Part shown: piece after piece, positions 27,996 through 38,900 of the stretch
How positions within the stretch are numbered: position 1 is the stretch's first letter
How the letters are laid out: each line of letters begins with the position of its first letter
Assembly: GCA_022510445.1 (NCBI GenBank)
Contig: JAFLTN010000001.1
Location: forward strand, 1-56,459
Direction: 5' to 3'
Source of the DNA: Muribaculaceae bacterium
GTDB taxonomy: Bacteria > Bacteroidota > Bacteroidia > Bacteroidales > Muribaculaceae
Length of the DNA: 56,459 nucleotides
The notes under the pieces: model-generated
The model's input: the letters and a program-made list of their open reading frames with translations, nothing else
The model's database searches: none
Told to the model about the DNA's origin: nothing
Made by a program: the position numbers and the translations under genes

Positions 27996-30073
27996 TATTT
28001 TGTAAAATGATAGCGGAAACCGATATAAATCATTGGGCCATGAATTGGTCCATAAATCATTGTGGCATCAAAATTATTTCCCCAGGGATTTGCTGAATCT
28101 ATTATCGGTGTCTTCTGGCGGAAACCTGTCAGATTCTCTCCTCCTATATATACCGACCAGTTCTTGAAATTCTTAGTTACCTGGGCATTTAACTGAGGGA
28201 AAGCCTTGTAAGTGGCATTCCATGACATCTCACCGTTTGCAAGTCTGTATGGATCCGGCATTCTTCCTCCTCCATTGATTGCCAGAGTGGCATCTACCTG
28301 CCATATACCCATCATTGGAGACCATCCTACAGAAAACAAACCCTTATTTTTTGAAGTCAAAGGTTTGCTCACAAGACCTTTTCCGTAATCAACCTTAACA
28401 TCCGTGAATCTGTATGCCGCAGTTATTGTCAGATCCTCTATTACAGAATATGTGAGTTCCATTTGGAATGTCCTTGAAAAATTAGGACGATTCCCGGAAT
28501 CTTTTATTATCACCGAATGAGGATCTATCTCCAGATCAACCAACAGTTGATGGCTGAATCTTGTGTAATAAAATTCGGTACTATAATCTAAATTTCGTTC
28601 AAAAAGTTTTATCTGTCCCGAAATACCACCTCCATAATTCATTGCTACTTCCTGATGAAGGTCTGAACCTATTATTATATTCCTGGAAGAAGCCATATAG
28701 AAATGATTTTCCGCCAATGGATGAGGTGACCGATATCCTCTACCGACTGACGCATGAAGAGATAGAGCACCTTCAAGAAGATTCCAGCGTGTATGTAAGC
28801 GAGGGGTTATCATATCTCCATAATCTGAACTATGGTCATATCTTAACCCTCCCATTAATATCAGCATGGAGTTAAGATCATAAGTGTACTGTACATATCC
28901 TCCCGGAGTAATCTCTGAATCAGTCTCTCGGTCTGGCATGACATTCAGATCGTTGTTAAGCCGGAATTTCTGCTTATATCTGTCATAATTAAAACTTAAT
29001 CCAGCCGAAAGACCATGCAGTCCATCTTTCCACTTCCTTTCATACATTAATGATGCATAGATATTGTCTTGATCTACATCATATAACTTATGTCCATAAG
29101 AAGCATCTTCCTTATGAAGGGAACCGGAAACAATCAATGCTATATTTTCTTCATTTTCAGGGTTAATGAAGTATGCGTTTTTTGTAAATAATTCCCATCT
29201 TTGTGTGTTTATATCAATTTTGTAAAGTTCTTGTTCTCCGTCGGTCATCTGCTGGGAATGATGACTGTCCTGACCGCTTACCCTGTCTTCTATAAGATAT
29301 CTTAAACCGGCTTGGAAAATATATCTGTCAGCCATATAAGCCCAACGGTTCATCCCGGTGAATTGTTTGATTTTCGGAAGATCAATAAAACCGTCGTTAT
29401 TATCATCATGTGAGGCAAATTCATTTTCGGCATGTAGCAGAAGACCTGTCGACCATTTGTCAGTGAGATGTATGTTGCCGGCAGCATTCAGCTCCCCTTT
29501 CCCGAAAATATCCCCGTAACCGTTTATTAAAAGAGATTGTTCAACCTGTGGTTTTAGAAATTCTATATTTATCTGACCCGAAACAGATTCATAACCATTT
29601 TTTACAGAACTTGCCCCTTTGCTAACCTGAATTGACTGCATCCATGTGCCCGGAATATAGCCCAAACCATAAAGTGAAGAGGCACCTCGCAGATTAGGTA
29701 TATTCTCTGTCAGCATCTGCACATATCTACCGTCAAGCCCTAACAGTTTAATTTGTTTGGCTCCGGTCGCAGCATCGCTGTAGTTCACGTCGACCGATGC
29801 ATTATTTATGAAACTTTCCCCGAGGTTACAGCATGCCGCCCTTAATAATTCTGTTTTCGAAATGGCATCTGTATTTAAGGCGCTCCCTCTTAATTTTCTA
29901 ACTCCCTTAGGTTTCTCATATAATACGAATTCTTCTAACGTTACATCAATATCCGCTAATGTATCGGTCTGATTTTGCGTTTCAGATGAGATTAGTTCCT
30001 GTGCATCGGAAGAAAACAGAAAACCACTTGAAATGATTAGTAAAAAGGATATTAGTAAAATTTCTTTTCTCAT
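27992..30073 (-). CDS. TonB-dependent receptor (RAACCNL plug family)
   Basis: Signal peptide; ELLRAACCNLGESF; SIQVSKGASSVKNGYESVSGQINIE plug motif; C-terminal beta strand YIGFRYHF. Confidence 0.9.
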   Translation of the reverse strand: MRKEILLISFLLIISSGFLFSSDAQELISSETQNQTDTLADIDVTLEEFVLYEKPKGVRKLRGSALNTDAISKTELLRAACCNLGESFINNASVDVNYSDAATGAKQIKLLGLDGRYVQMLTENIPNLRGASSLYGLGYIPGTWMQSIQVSKGASSVKNGYESVSGQINIEFLKPQVEQSLLINGYGDIFGKGELNAAGNIHLTDKWSTGLLLHAENEFASHDDNNDGFIDLPKIKQFTGMNRWAYMADRYIFQAGLRYLIEDRVSGQDSHHSQQMTDGEQELYKIDINTQRWELFTKNAYFINPENEENIALIVSGSLHKEDASYGHKLYDVDQDNIYASLMYERKWKDGLHGLSAGLSFNYDRYKQKFRLNNDLNVMPDRETDSEITPGGYVQYTYDLNSMLILMGGLRYDHSSDYGDMITPRLHTRWNLLEGALSLHASVGRGYRSPHPLAENHFYMASSRNIIIGSDLHQEVAMNYGGGISGQIKLFERNLDYSTEFYYTRFSHQLLVDLEIDPHSVIIKDSGNRPNFSRTFQMELTYSVIEDLTITAAYRFTDVKVDYGKGLVSKPLTSKNKGLFSVGWSPMMGIWQVDATLAINGGGRMPDPYRLANGEMSWNATYKAFPQLNAQVTKNFKNWSVYIGGENLTGFRQKTPIIDSANPWGNNFDATMIYGPIHGPMIYIGFRYHFTKY

Positions 30074-30174
30074 TATTTTTTAAAACGTTGCAATTATAAA
30101 GGATATTTTAATCACATCTTGGTTTTAGTCCAATCCTAACTTAATCACAATAACGTTACCTAAAGACATCTCAT

Positions 30175-30915
30175 TCAAGGCATTTTCTTGAATCCTTCAA
30201 AACGTTCCGACGGATTAAATGGCTTTCCTCGATATCTTGTTTCAAAATGCAGATGCGGACCCGTTGAATTTCCTGTTCTTCCACCCAATGCTAATGGATC
30301 TCCGGCATTCATCTGCTCTCCAAGATTCACAATACTGCTATGAAGATGTCCATATAGTGTCTGGATGTCACCGGCATGGCTCACAATGATATAATTACCA
30401 TAACCCTTTGGATCACAACCAATCCCCGTAATAACTCCCGGCAATACGCATTTTACCGTGTCTCCTACATTCAGCGATATGTCTATCCCTTTGTGTGATC
30501 TTCCTGAACTACGTCGGCAACCATAGGCAGAGGTTATCCTTCCTTCAATCGGAAACTGAAAATCATTGTTAGTATATTGCGGAAGATCCCCCTTATAAGG
30601 CAAATAGTGGAAATGTTTTTCCTGTTTTACCCATTCACCGGTTTCCAGATAACTGTGTTCGCTATAGGCTGAAGTCAGAAACGAAAGGACTTCAGCTGTC
30701 ACATTCTCATTTATATCCTCAGAATAAATGGCTTGCAACAGTTCCATTATATCCTCGCTACCGCTCTCCCTCTCTTCGGGTTCTTCAGGAGCCAGAATCA
30801 GGTTTACCAAGTCATTAATAGGTTCATCTGCCTCACTACTTTCGGCAGCCTTCAGTGGCATTATGTTCAGAGACCCGAGTAATATGATAACCTGCGCCCA
30901 TAAAAGCGATTTCAT
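30175..30915 (-). CDS. M23 family metallopeptidase
   Basis: HKGID (HxxxD), TLYGHL, GRTGNSTGPHLHFE motifs. Confidence 0.92.
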   Translation of the reverse strand: MKSLLWAQVIILLGSLNIMPLKAAESSEADEPINDLVNLILAPEEPEERESGSEDIMELLQAIYSEDINENVTAEVLSFLTSAYSEHSYLETGEWVKQEKHFHYLPYKGDLPQYTNNDFQFPIEGRITSAYGCRRSSGRSHKGIDISLNVGDTVKCVLPGVITGIGCDPKGYGNYIIVSHAGDIQTLYGHLHSSIVNLGEQMNAGDPLALGGRTGNSTGPHLHFETRYRGKPFNPSERFEGFKKMP

Positions 30916-30930
30916 CTTAACAGGCTTTGT

Positions 30931-32088
30931 TCATTTAGAAGGGTTTTCCTGACTTTCTGCGGCTTTGAGTTCTTTACTTTTCTTCTTATACTCATCCACC
31001 ATCGGTGAACCGAATAATATCCAGGCCGCACATGCCACGAAAGCAAGGAAGATAAATCCGGCAAGTATCAGACCTTTCCTGGGAGAAGTAGGCCTGATAG
31101 AAACGGTGGCAGGTGTTATGGTTGTGTAAACAGGAGTGATTTCCTGCACTTTTGATTTCGCCTGTTGCACCTGCAAAGAGGTTTCGTTATAAAGATTAAA
31201 GGCAAGTGATGCCTCGTTTTCGAGCCTTTCCCTGGTTATCTGGGCAGAACGGGTGGCAAGACTCTGGTTTTTGTCAACATAATCAGCAAGTCGCTGTTGG
31301 GCACTGTAATAATCCTTCTGTGCCTCATCATTCAACTTTTGAGCATAATTCAGATCTTCACGTGCTTTAGTGGTCCTGTAATCTGTGATAAAGTCTCGAA
31401 GCCGTGACACAACTGTATCCACAAGAATAGCAGAGACCAATGGATCCTGCATTTTTGTGTTTATGGTTATGACACTTGTTTTTTGATCCACACTTGCTGT
31501 TATTCGTTGTGAAAGCGCCTTTACAAGTTCACTTTCTTCCGGAGTTAGTTGAAAACTGTTAAGGGTATGCCCCTCCTCTATTTCATCACCTCCCTTGATA
31601 AGTCCTATCACTTTACCGGGAAGACCAAGAACAACTCCCCACCATGGAGCGCTTGTTTCATCCTCTAAGTATTCTTTGACTGTGTATTTTTCTCCCTCTT
31701 TGTCGGTTACTACCACTTCGAAAAGACCCGTAAGAAAAGGTACTGACCCTACTATATCCGGATAAAGCTGGGGATACATAGCATCGGATCCTGAATTGCC
31801 GGCAGCGTTTATTCCTGCCATACTGGCCAATGCACTAAGACCTCCGCTTAGATTGGTCTTTCCGTTGGTTTTTACCTCAGGTGCAAGTTTCACTACCGTG
31901 GTGTATTCTTTCGGTATGCTGAACGCTATAATAAGTCCGGCGATAGCACCCCACATACACCACACAAGCAGGAGTTTCTTTTTTGACCATAGTTTATACG
32001 CAAGTTCAAGAAGATCTATCTCTTTCTCTTCATTCTCATGATCTTCTTTAATCCTCACATCGGGATCTTCTTGAGTTTGTTTAGTCAT
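30931..32088 (-). CDS. Polysaccharide chain-length determinant (Wzz-like)
   Basis: EIDLLEL...W plus TM, IPKEYT, coiled-coil region, C-terminal P..P.SPRK plus TM. Confidence 0.88.
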   Translation of the reverse strand: MTKQTQEDPDVRIKEDHENEEKEIDLLELAYKLWSKKKLLLVWCMWGAIAGLIIAFSIPKEYTTVVKLAPEVKTNGKTNLSGGLSALASMAGINAAGNSGSDAMYPQLYPDIVGSVPFLTGLFEVVVTDKEGEKYTVKEYLEDETSAPWWGVVLGLPGKVIGLIKGGDEIEEGHTLNSFQLTPEESELVKALSQRITASVDQKTSVITINTKMQDPLVSAILVDTVVSRLRDFITDYRTTKAREDLNYAQKLNDEAQKDYYSAQQRLADYVDKNQSLATRSAQITRERLENEASLAFNLYNETSLQVQQAKSKVQEITPVYTTITPATVSIRPTSPRKGLILAGFIFLAFVACAAWILFGSPMVDEYKKKSKELKAAESQENPSK

Positions 32089-32111
32089 GATCTGTCGGAT
32101 ATGGGAGTTTA

Positions 32112-34514
32112 CTATTTAAAAATATTATACACTGTAGCTGCCATAGTTGCTACTGAACTAAAGCTTGTGGCAAATGCAAGAACTTTAGTCCAGTCGGTTC
32201 CCCCGCTTCTCGGCTTGGTCGGAACTATAATCTGACAGCCAGGTTCGATCGGCGTATTTCCGTTTGCTTTCGAGACAGTCCCGTTCATATAGACAATAAA
32301 CGCCTTCCCTTTCTTCGCTCTTTGTCCATACCCACCTGCCTGGTTGATGTAATGTTTAAGTTTCTTACCTGGTTCATAGACCACAGTATTTGGGAACATC
32401 ACATCTCCCGATATTTTGACTGTGCTCTGTTGTTGCGGTATATAAAGGTAATCCCCCGGTTGCAATATGAGATCATAGGAACTTCCCGGATAATCTATAG
32501 CCTTCTGAAGATCTATTCCTACGTTGTAGTTCCTGGAGACTTCTATCTTGCTTAGGGCTATGGAATCACCTTGATTGGGACCGCTATTGGCCATAGCAAA
32601 TTTCAGGGCCTCGGTTCTTGCTAGATATTCGTCTTCTGACAACTGACGCTCCAGATGTGCCCCCTTTATATATGCCTCATCAAGTATTCCTCCGGCCCTT
32701 CTAATTATGTCGGTTAATCTTTCATTCCTTTTTTCCAGAGCATATTGACCACCGAAAAGAACCTCTCCGTTAATCCTTACAAATTCCTGTTTCTCATATC
32801 CCGGACTTGTCCTTACAGTGACAACATCGTAGGGCATCAGCTCAAAGCCCTTTTCGTATCCGACGGCGAGCCCCTTTTCTATATTTACTGAATATAATTG
32901 TGCCAACTGCTGTGTCGGTTGCAAAGAAGAAGGATCTATTATACGTCTAGCAATATCCACACGGGCTGTTGAAGCACCCTGCAACAAACCACCGGCTTCA
33001 ATTATTAGATCTTCAAGAGTTATATTTTCGGCAAATGGATAGGTTCCAGGTTTGGCTACCTGACCGTGTATTGTCAGATCTCCTTTATATTCAAGATCTG
33101 TTATGCTTGAAATCACAAGCATATCGTTCCGTTTAAGATTTATGTCAGGCACCTGGCCCGATAATATTGCTCCAAGATCTATAGCTACTACTTCAAGCTG
33201 TAGCTCCGGTCCTTCACGGTATAACAATGCTCTACCCTTATAGGCATCTTCCATCAGACCATCGGCTGTTGCTATAAGCTGGCTTACTGTGGACACACTC
33301 GGACTGATGGCGTACATTCCCGGACGATAGACAGCCCCCTTCAACTCCACTTTATTTGAATAGCGGTCTAAAATAGTCCCAACTGTTATAAGATCACCGT
33401 CCTGGAGTTTGTAGGTCTTGAAATCGGCTTTCTCTACATTAAAAAGCTCGTTCTCGTTTCCGGACTGCCTGGCCAGTCTTACCATACCGGCATAAGCATC
33501 TCCCGTAAAGCCTCCCGCATAATTCAACAGATCTTCCACTGTCTCCCCGGGCTTTATCTCATAATACATCGGTCGCTTAACGTTTCCACTGATATTGACC
33601 AACTGATCAAACGGGGGAACTATGATTACATCACCCTCTTGCAATCGGATGTTGCCACTTGTTTTACCTCCAAAAAGATACTCATATATGTCAATCCCGG
33701 CTATTTTTTTACCGTTTCTTAAAACCTGAATATTTCTTATTGATCCTATGTCATTGATTCCGCCGGCGTTATATAAGGCATGGAAAACCGATGAGAAAGG
33801 CGATAGCCGGAAGGTTCCCGGAGTTGCCACTTCTCCCATTATATCCACCTGGATGGAACGGACCTGACCTAATGTCACCTGTATATCGGTCTCTTCGTCA
33901 CTCATGCCGGCGTATTTCTGGGAGAATACCGATTTGACATGCTTGTTGGCATCATTTATCGTGAGCCCGTTTAGATAAACCGGTCCTATCTGAGATATCA
34001 TTATACTACCTTCCGGAGAGATGGTTTGCCTGATATGATCCTCGTTATTCCCCCAAATATCTATTATCACCTCATCTCCCGGTCCCAGACGATAGTTCTG
34101 GGGGGTGGCCATATTATCGTTTGGCTCAAAAGTAAGGCTCGGAGTGTTGAAAACCTCATGTCCGTAAATCTGACGTGCTGATGCAGGATTATTAGTAATA
34201 ATCACATTTTCCATAGATTCGGAAGCTATCTCTTCCGTTTGAACACGACGTCGTTCGCCGCTACCTCCCTGCAGACGCTGATTGCCCCGTTCTACAGCCG
34301 ATTCTTCCTGTTGGCTATTTTCATATTGGGCTTTTATTCTTTGAGCTTGTTCCGGTGTCACACCTCTGGCTAATAATGCCTTGCCAATCTGCTGTTGAGT
34401 TTTACCGGCTGCCGATTGTTGTTTTATGAATGAGATGACCTCCTGGTCGGTCATCGCCCAACCGCACATGAATAGCGATAACATGCAGGTGAGAAGAATT
34501 CCTCTTTTCCTCAT
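32112..34514 (-). CDS. Polysaccharide export protein with multiple SLBB domains (Wza/KpsD-like)
   Basis: Start reassigned to ATG 34514 (MRKRGILL… signal peptide). YRLGPGDEVIIDIWG Poly_export motif; repeated G.V..PG.Y...AGG SLBB units. Confidence 0.9.
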   Translation of the reverse strand: MRKRGILLTCMLSLFMCGWAMTDQEVISFIKQQSAAGKTQQQIGKALLARGVTPEQAQRIKAQYENSQQEESAVERGNQRLQGGSGERRRVQTEEIASESMENVIITNNPASARQIYGHEVFNTPSLTFEPNDNMATPQNYRLGPGDEVIIDIWGNNEDHIRQTISPEGSIMISQIGPVYLNGLTINDANKHVKSVFSQKYAGMSDEETDIQVTLGQVRSIQVDIMGEVATPGTFRLSPFSSVFHALYNAGGINDIGSIRNIQVLRNGKKIAGIDIYEYLFGGKTSGNIRLQEGDVIIVPPFDQLVNISGNVKRPMYYEIKPGETVEDLLNYAGGFTGDAYAGMVRLARQSGNENELFNVEKADFKTYKLQDGDLITVGTILDRYSNKVELKGAVYRPGMYAISPSVSTVSQLIATADGLMEDAYKGRALLYREGPELQLEVVAIDLGAILSGQVPDINLKRNDMLVISSITDLEYKGDLTIHGQVAKPGTYPFAENITLEDLIIEAGGLLQGASTARVDIARRIIDPSSLQPTQQLAQLYSVNIEKGLAVGYEKGFELMPYDVVTVRTSPGYEKQEFVRINGEVLFGGQYALEKRNERLTDIIRRAGGILDEAYIKGAHLERQLSEDEYLARTEALKFAMANSGPNQGDSIALSKIEVSRNYNVGIDLQKAIDYPGSSYDLILQPGDYLYIPQQQSTVKISGDVMFPNTVVYEPGKKLKHYINQAGGYGQRAKKGKAFIVYMNGTVSKANGNTPIEPGCQIIVPTKPRSGGTDWTKVLAFATSFSSVATMAATVYNIFK

Positions 34515-34550
34515 ACTCTTATGGAATATTTTTTGAAGCTTCTGTATCCG

Positions 34551-34582
34551 CAAAATTAACAAAAATAAGTATTCTACGCAAT
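34551..34582 (-). promoter_or_regulatory. Probable promoter of wza-like operon
   Basis: Minus strand ATTG (34582-34579), 20 nt spacer, TAATTTTG (34558-34551). Confidence 0.5.
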
Positions 34583-34673
34583 AATAGTTTGTCACAAGCT
34601 TGACTTAACATTCGTTTGCCTTGGATTAACAAAAATCTGGGAACGAGCCCAAAAGTCAAGCGTCAATTTTATT

Positions 34674-34688
34674 TGCAACACGGTTGCA
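34674..34688. promoter_or_regulatory. Palindrome TGCAAC-N3-GTTGCA, candidate metal-responsive operator
   Basis: Perfect 6-3-6 palindrome just upstream of a TATCTTTG -7 element (34701-34708) ahead of the heavy-metal RND operon. Confidence 0.55.
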
Positions 34689-34838
34689 CGCCAAACTAAA
34701 TATCTTTGTATTTCTTTATGACAACTGATTCACGGCATATGGCCATGGTCTTCAATTTACCATTTGGACCACGATACCCTCTTTTTTGTTAAAATGCGGG
34801 GACAGGGTCGTATCCCAGAGTCTTTTATCTTCTGATTT

Positions 34839-35984
34839 ATGCATTTTTCTAAAGTTTTATCCTTTTCTATCTTTCCTCTTTTCTCTTTATGTGCCTTGGC
34901 TTGCTCTTCTCAGGGTATGTCGAAAGAGGGGGAACATGACCATGAAGAAACCTCTCATCATTCCCACGACGGTACTTTTGAAATGGATCTCTCTGAAATT
35001 AAAAAATTTGGAATTGAATTTGACTCCGTCAAAGGAGCACCCTTCTCGGAGGTGATTAAAGTTTCAGGAGAGATTGAACCGGCTGCCTCTGATCTGTCGG
35101 TTTTGACAGCACGCAAATCCGGTGTCTTCACACCCTCCCCGGGAATTACACCCGGAGCCACAGTCAAGAAGGGATCGGTTATCGGATACATCTCTTCTGA
35201 AGGAATTCAAGGAGGCAATGAAGCAGCTGCTGCAAAAGCCAATTTAGAGGCTGCCAAGAAAGAATACGAACGTCTGAAGCCTCTATTTAAAGAAGGACTT
35301 GTGACTGCTTCCGTCTTTAACGATGCAGAAAGAGCTTATCAAGAGGCCAAGGCACTTTCTTCTCCGGGTTTGTCAGAAAACAAAATTTCTGTCATCTCTC
35401 CATCCTCGGGAGTGATATCATCCCTTTCAGTTTCTTCCGGCCAATTCGTGGAAACCGGGACTAATATTGCAACTATTTCAAAAAATTCAGGACTTACCCT
35501 TCGGGCTGATCTTCCTGTCCGTTTTTCCTCTAAATTGGGAAATATCGTCTCTGCCAATTTCCGCCCTGAAAATTCTGACTCCACCTTTTCTCTTTCAGCT
35601 CTCGACGGACGAAAGATCTCCGGCAGCTTTAATGTCAACAACACCACCGGATATATACCTGTTTATTTCTCCTTCAATGGCAATCCCTCAGCGCTGTCAG
35701 GGAACTTTGCGGAAGTATATTTGTTGGGAACTGTATTGCCAGATATTATTTCAATTCCTCGGGAAGCTTTAATTGAGATTCAGGGGAATTATTACGCTTA
35801 TGTGGTGCATCATGGGCATGCCTTTGAAAAACGGCTTGTTAGAACCGGGTCTACCGATGGTAAGAGAATTGAAGTAATTGAAGGTATCCTACCCGGTGAA
35901 TTGATTGTTTCTAAAGGTGCTTCTGTGATCCGTATGGCTGAGACATCTGCCATCGCACCACCATCCCATTCTCATAATCATTGA
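34839..35984 (+). CDS. RND efflux periplasmic adaptor (CzcB/CusB-like) lipoprotein
   Basis: Lipobox ALAC; His-rich N-terminus (HDHEETSHHSHD) and C-terminus (PSHSHNH); MFP architecture. Confidence 0.88.
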   Translation: MHFSKVLSFSIFPLFSLCALACSSQGMSKEGEHDHEETSHHSHDGTFEMDLSEIKKFGIEFDSVKGAPFSEVIKVSGEIEPAASDLSVLTARKSGVFTPSPGITPGATVKKGSVIGYISSEGIQGGNEAAAAKANLEAAKKEYERLKPLFKEGLVTASVFNDAERAYQEAKALSSPGLSENKISVISPSSGVISSLSVSSGQFVETGTNIATISKNSGLTLRADLPVRFSSKLGNIVSANFRPENSDSTFSLSALDGRKISGSFNVNNTTGYIPVYFSFNGNPSALSGNFAEVYLLGTVLPDIISIPREALIEIQGNYYAYVVHHGHAFEKRLVRTGSTDGKRIEVIEGILPGELIVSKGASVIRMAETSAIAPPSHSHNH

Positions 35985-35998
35985 ACCCATAACGTTAT

Positions 35999-38900
35999 AT
36001 GTTAGACAGAATAATAAAATTCTCTCTTGACAACCATATAATAATTTTGGTGCTCTCTTTTCTGCTTCTTGCGGCAGGAATGGTAGAGCTTTTTCGTACG
36101 GAGATCGATATTTTCCCCGATCTCAACGCTCCCACGGTTGTTGTTATGACTGAAGCTCCCGGCATGGCTCCTGAAGAAGTGGAGCAGATGGTTACTTTTC
36201 CAATTGAATCCGGACTAAACGGCACCCCGGGTGTACGCCGAGTCAGAAGTTCTTCGGCAACAGGATTCTCAGTGGTCTGGGTTGAATTCGACTGGAGCAC
36301 ACCTGTTAAAGATGCCAGACAATCAATTATAGAAAGGTTGCCCGCTATCTCTTCCGATATTCCTGCAGATGCAGGCACTCCGACTTTGGGTCCTCCATCC
36401 TCTATTCTCGGAGAAATCATGATTATAGGACTCTCTTCTGACTCCTTATCCGGCGGGGAACTACGTTCTGTAGCTGATAGAGCAATCCGTCCTCGCCTGC
36501 TCGCTATTGGAGGTGTGGCTTCCGTATCCGTTATCGGTGGAGGGATCCTCGAATATGCAGTCAACCTTAACCCGGCAAAAATGAAAAGATATGGGGTTTC
36601 TCTGGAGGATGTCACAGATGCTCTTTCCGGTTTTAATTCAAATGCATCAGGAGGCATCCTGAATGATTATGACAATGAATACCTGGTCAAGGCCGCAATC
36701 TCATCAGCCGATTTCTCTCAGTTGGAAATGACTCCGGTGCTTTCTTCTACCGGCAAAACCCTGGTTCTTGCTGATATAGCAGAAATACGGCTCGACTCGA
36801 AAACTCCTGAAATCGGGAAGGCTTCTCTCAATGCAGAATCTGCAGTCCTTATCACTGTTACAAAACAGCCGGGATTCGGATCAATTTCTCTAATTGAAAG
36901 TATCAATAATGAATTGACTTCCATCGCTTCTTCCTTACCTTCGGGAATCAATCTTAACACTGAAATTTTCCGACAATCCGACTTCATTTCAGGATCTGTC
37001 TCCAACCTTCAGGCTTCTCTTTTTGAAGGTGCTCTTTTTGTGGTAATTATCCTCTTTATTTTCCTTATGAATTGGAGGACTACCGTCATTTCGGCAATTG
37101 CCATTCCAATGTCGGTGATAATCACCCTGCTTATAATTGCTGCTCTTGGTTTTTCTGTAAATACCATGACGCTTGGAGGCATCGCTATCGCAATTGGCTC
37201 TCTCGTCGATGATGCTATTGTCGATGTTGAAAATGTCTATCGGCATCTGAGAATTAACCGTACTCTACCTCCGGAACTTAGAAAACCACGGTCAGTTGTA
37301 GTCTTCGAAGCTTCAAGAGAAGTAAGAATGCCCATATTGAATTCTTCCCTTATCATAATGGCGAGTTTCCTTCCTCTGTTTTTCCTCAACGGAATGGAGG
37401 GAAGAATGTTGATACCACTCGGCATATCTTTCATCATAGCACTTCTTGCCTCTACTGTTGTGGCCCTTACACTAACTCCCGTTCTTTGTCTTTATCTTCT
37501 GGCATCATCTCGCAACGAAACAAAAAATGAAAGGGAACCATGGCTTACGTTCCGCCTCGGAATTCTTTATAGAAAACTTCTTGATTCTGTTCTTCATCAT
37601 CCTGCTCCGGTCTTTATAATCACTATCGCTTTCTTAGTTTTTGCCGCCGTTGTTTTCCCTTTTCTGGGACGTAGTTTTCTCCCTCCCTTCAATGAAGGGT
37701 CGTTCACTGTTAACGTGAGTGCTCTTCCGGGTATTTCTCTCGAAATGAGCGACAGTATCGGTCGCATGGCCGAACGCCTGATTCTTGAAGTCCCCGAAGT
37801 GAAACTAACTGCCAGGAAAACTGGACGTGCTGAACTTGACGAACATTCTCTCGGTTCTAACGTATCGGAAATCGAAGTTCCTTATTCACTTTCATCCGGG
37901 CGTTCGCGTGAGGAAGTGGCAAATGATATCCGGACAAGACTGAAGACTCTTCCAGGTGTGAATATTGAGATTGGTCAGCCTATAAGCCATCGCATAGATG
38001 CTATGCTTTCGGGCAGCGAGGCCCAGATTGCCGTTAAGGTTTTCGGTCCGGATCTCGACAATCTCTTTTCCCTCGGTAAAGAGATCGCTTCAGCAATGAA
38101 TGAGGTGCCGGGGATAGTAGACGTTAATGTGGAACAGCAGATTCCTCGGCCACAGATCGAGATAAAACCCCGGCGCCAGATTCTGGCACGCTATGGCATC
38201 ACAATTCCTCAGTTCTCACGTTTTATAGAATCCGCTCTATCCGGCATAAGAGTCTCCAGAGTCTATTCTGACAATGTGCCTTTCGACATCACATTGAAAA
38301 TTGATCCCTCTTTTAAAAATTCTATTCAATCTCTCGGCGATATTCCTGTTGACACTCCTCTGGGCCCTGTGCCTTTGGCTAATATTGCAGATATCATCTC
38401 TACTTCAGGGCCATCCACTATAAACCGTGAAGATGTTTCCAGACGTATTGTCGTTTCCGCTAATGTCGAAGGACGGGATCTTCGGGGTGCAGTAAATGAC
38501 ATTAAAAAAAATATCGATAAAGATGTAAGGATTCCCCGTGGTTACCACATTTCGTTAGGTGGCCAGTTCGAAAGTGAAGAGGCTGCATCCAGAACTCTTA
38601 TGATAACTGCTATCGGTGCCATTATACTCATTTTTTTCCTTCTGTATGCTGAGTTCAACAATATCACACAATCACTGGTAATTCTGTTGAATATGCCACT
38701 TGCTGTCATTGGTGGAATTTTAATTCTTTGGATCACGGGCAGCGACTTGAATATCCCTGCAATCATTGGATTTATCTCTTTGTTAGGCATTTCGACACGC
38801 AACGGAATGTTGCTTATGTCTCACTATAACCAGCTCCTTCATCAGGGTGTTTACCTGCATAAACGCGTTATCAGGGGCTCTGCTGACAGGCTGAATCCTA

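Noticed and set aside
34598-34661. 9-bp inverted repeat GCTTGACTT/AAGTCAAGC upstream of the wza-like gene as an invertible capsule promoter
   Set aside because: The spacer is only 46 bp with no TAnnTTTG inside. The likely wza promoter (34551-34582) lies outside the repeats, and no recombinase is nearby.
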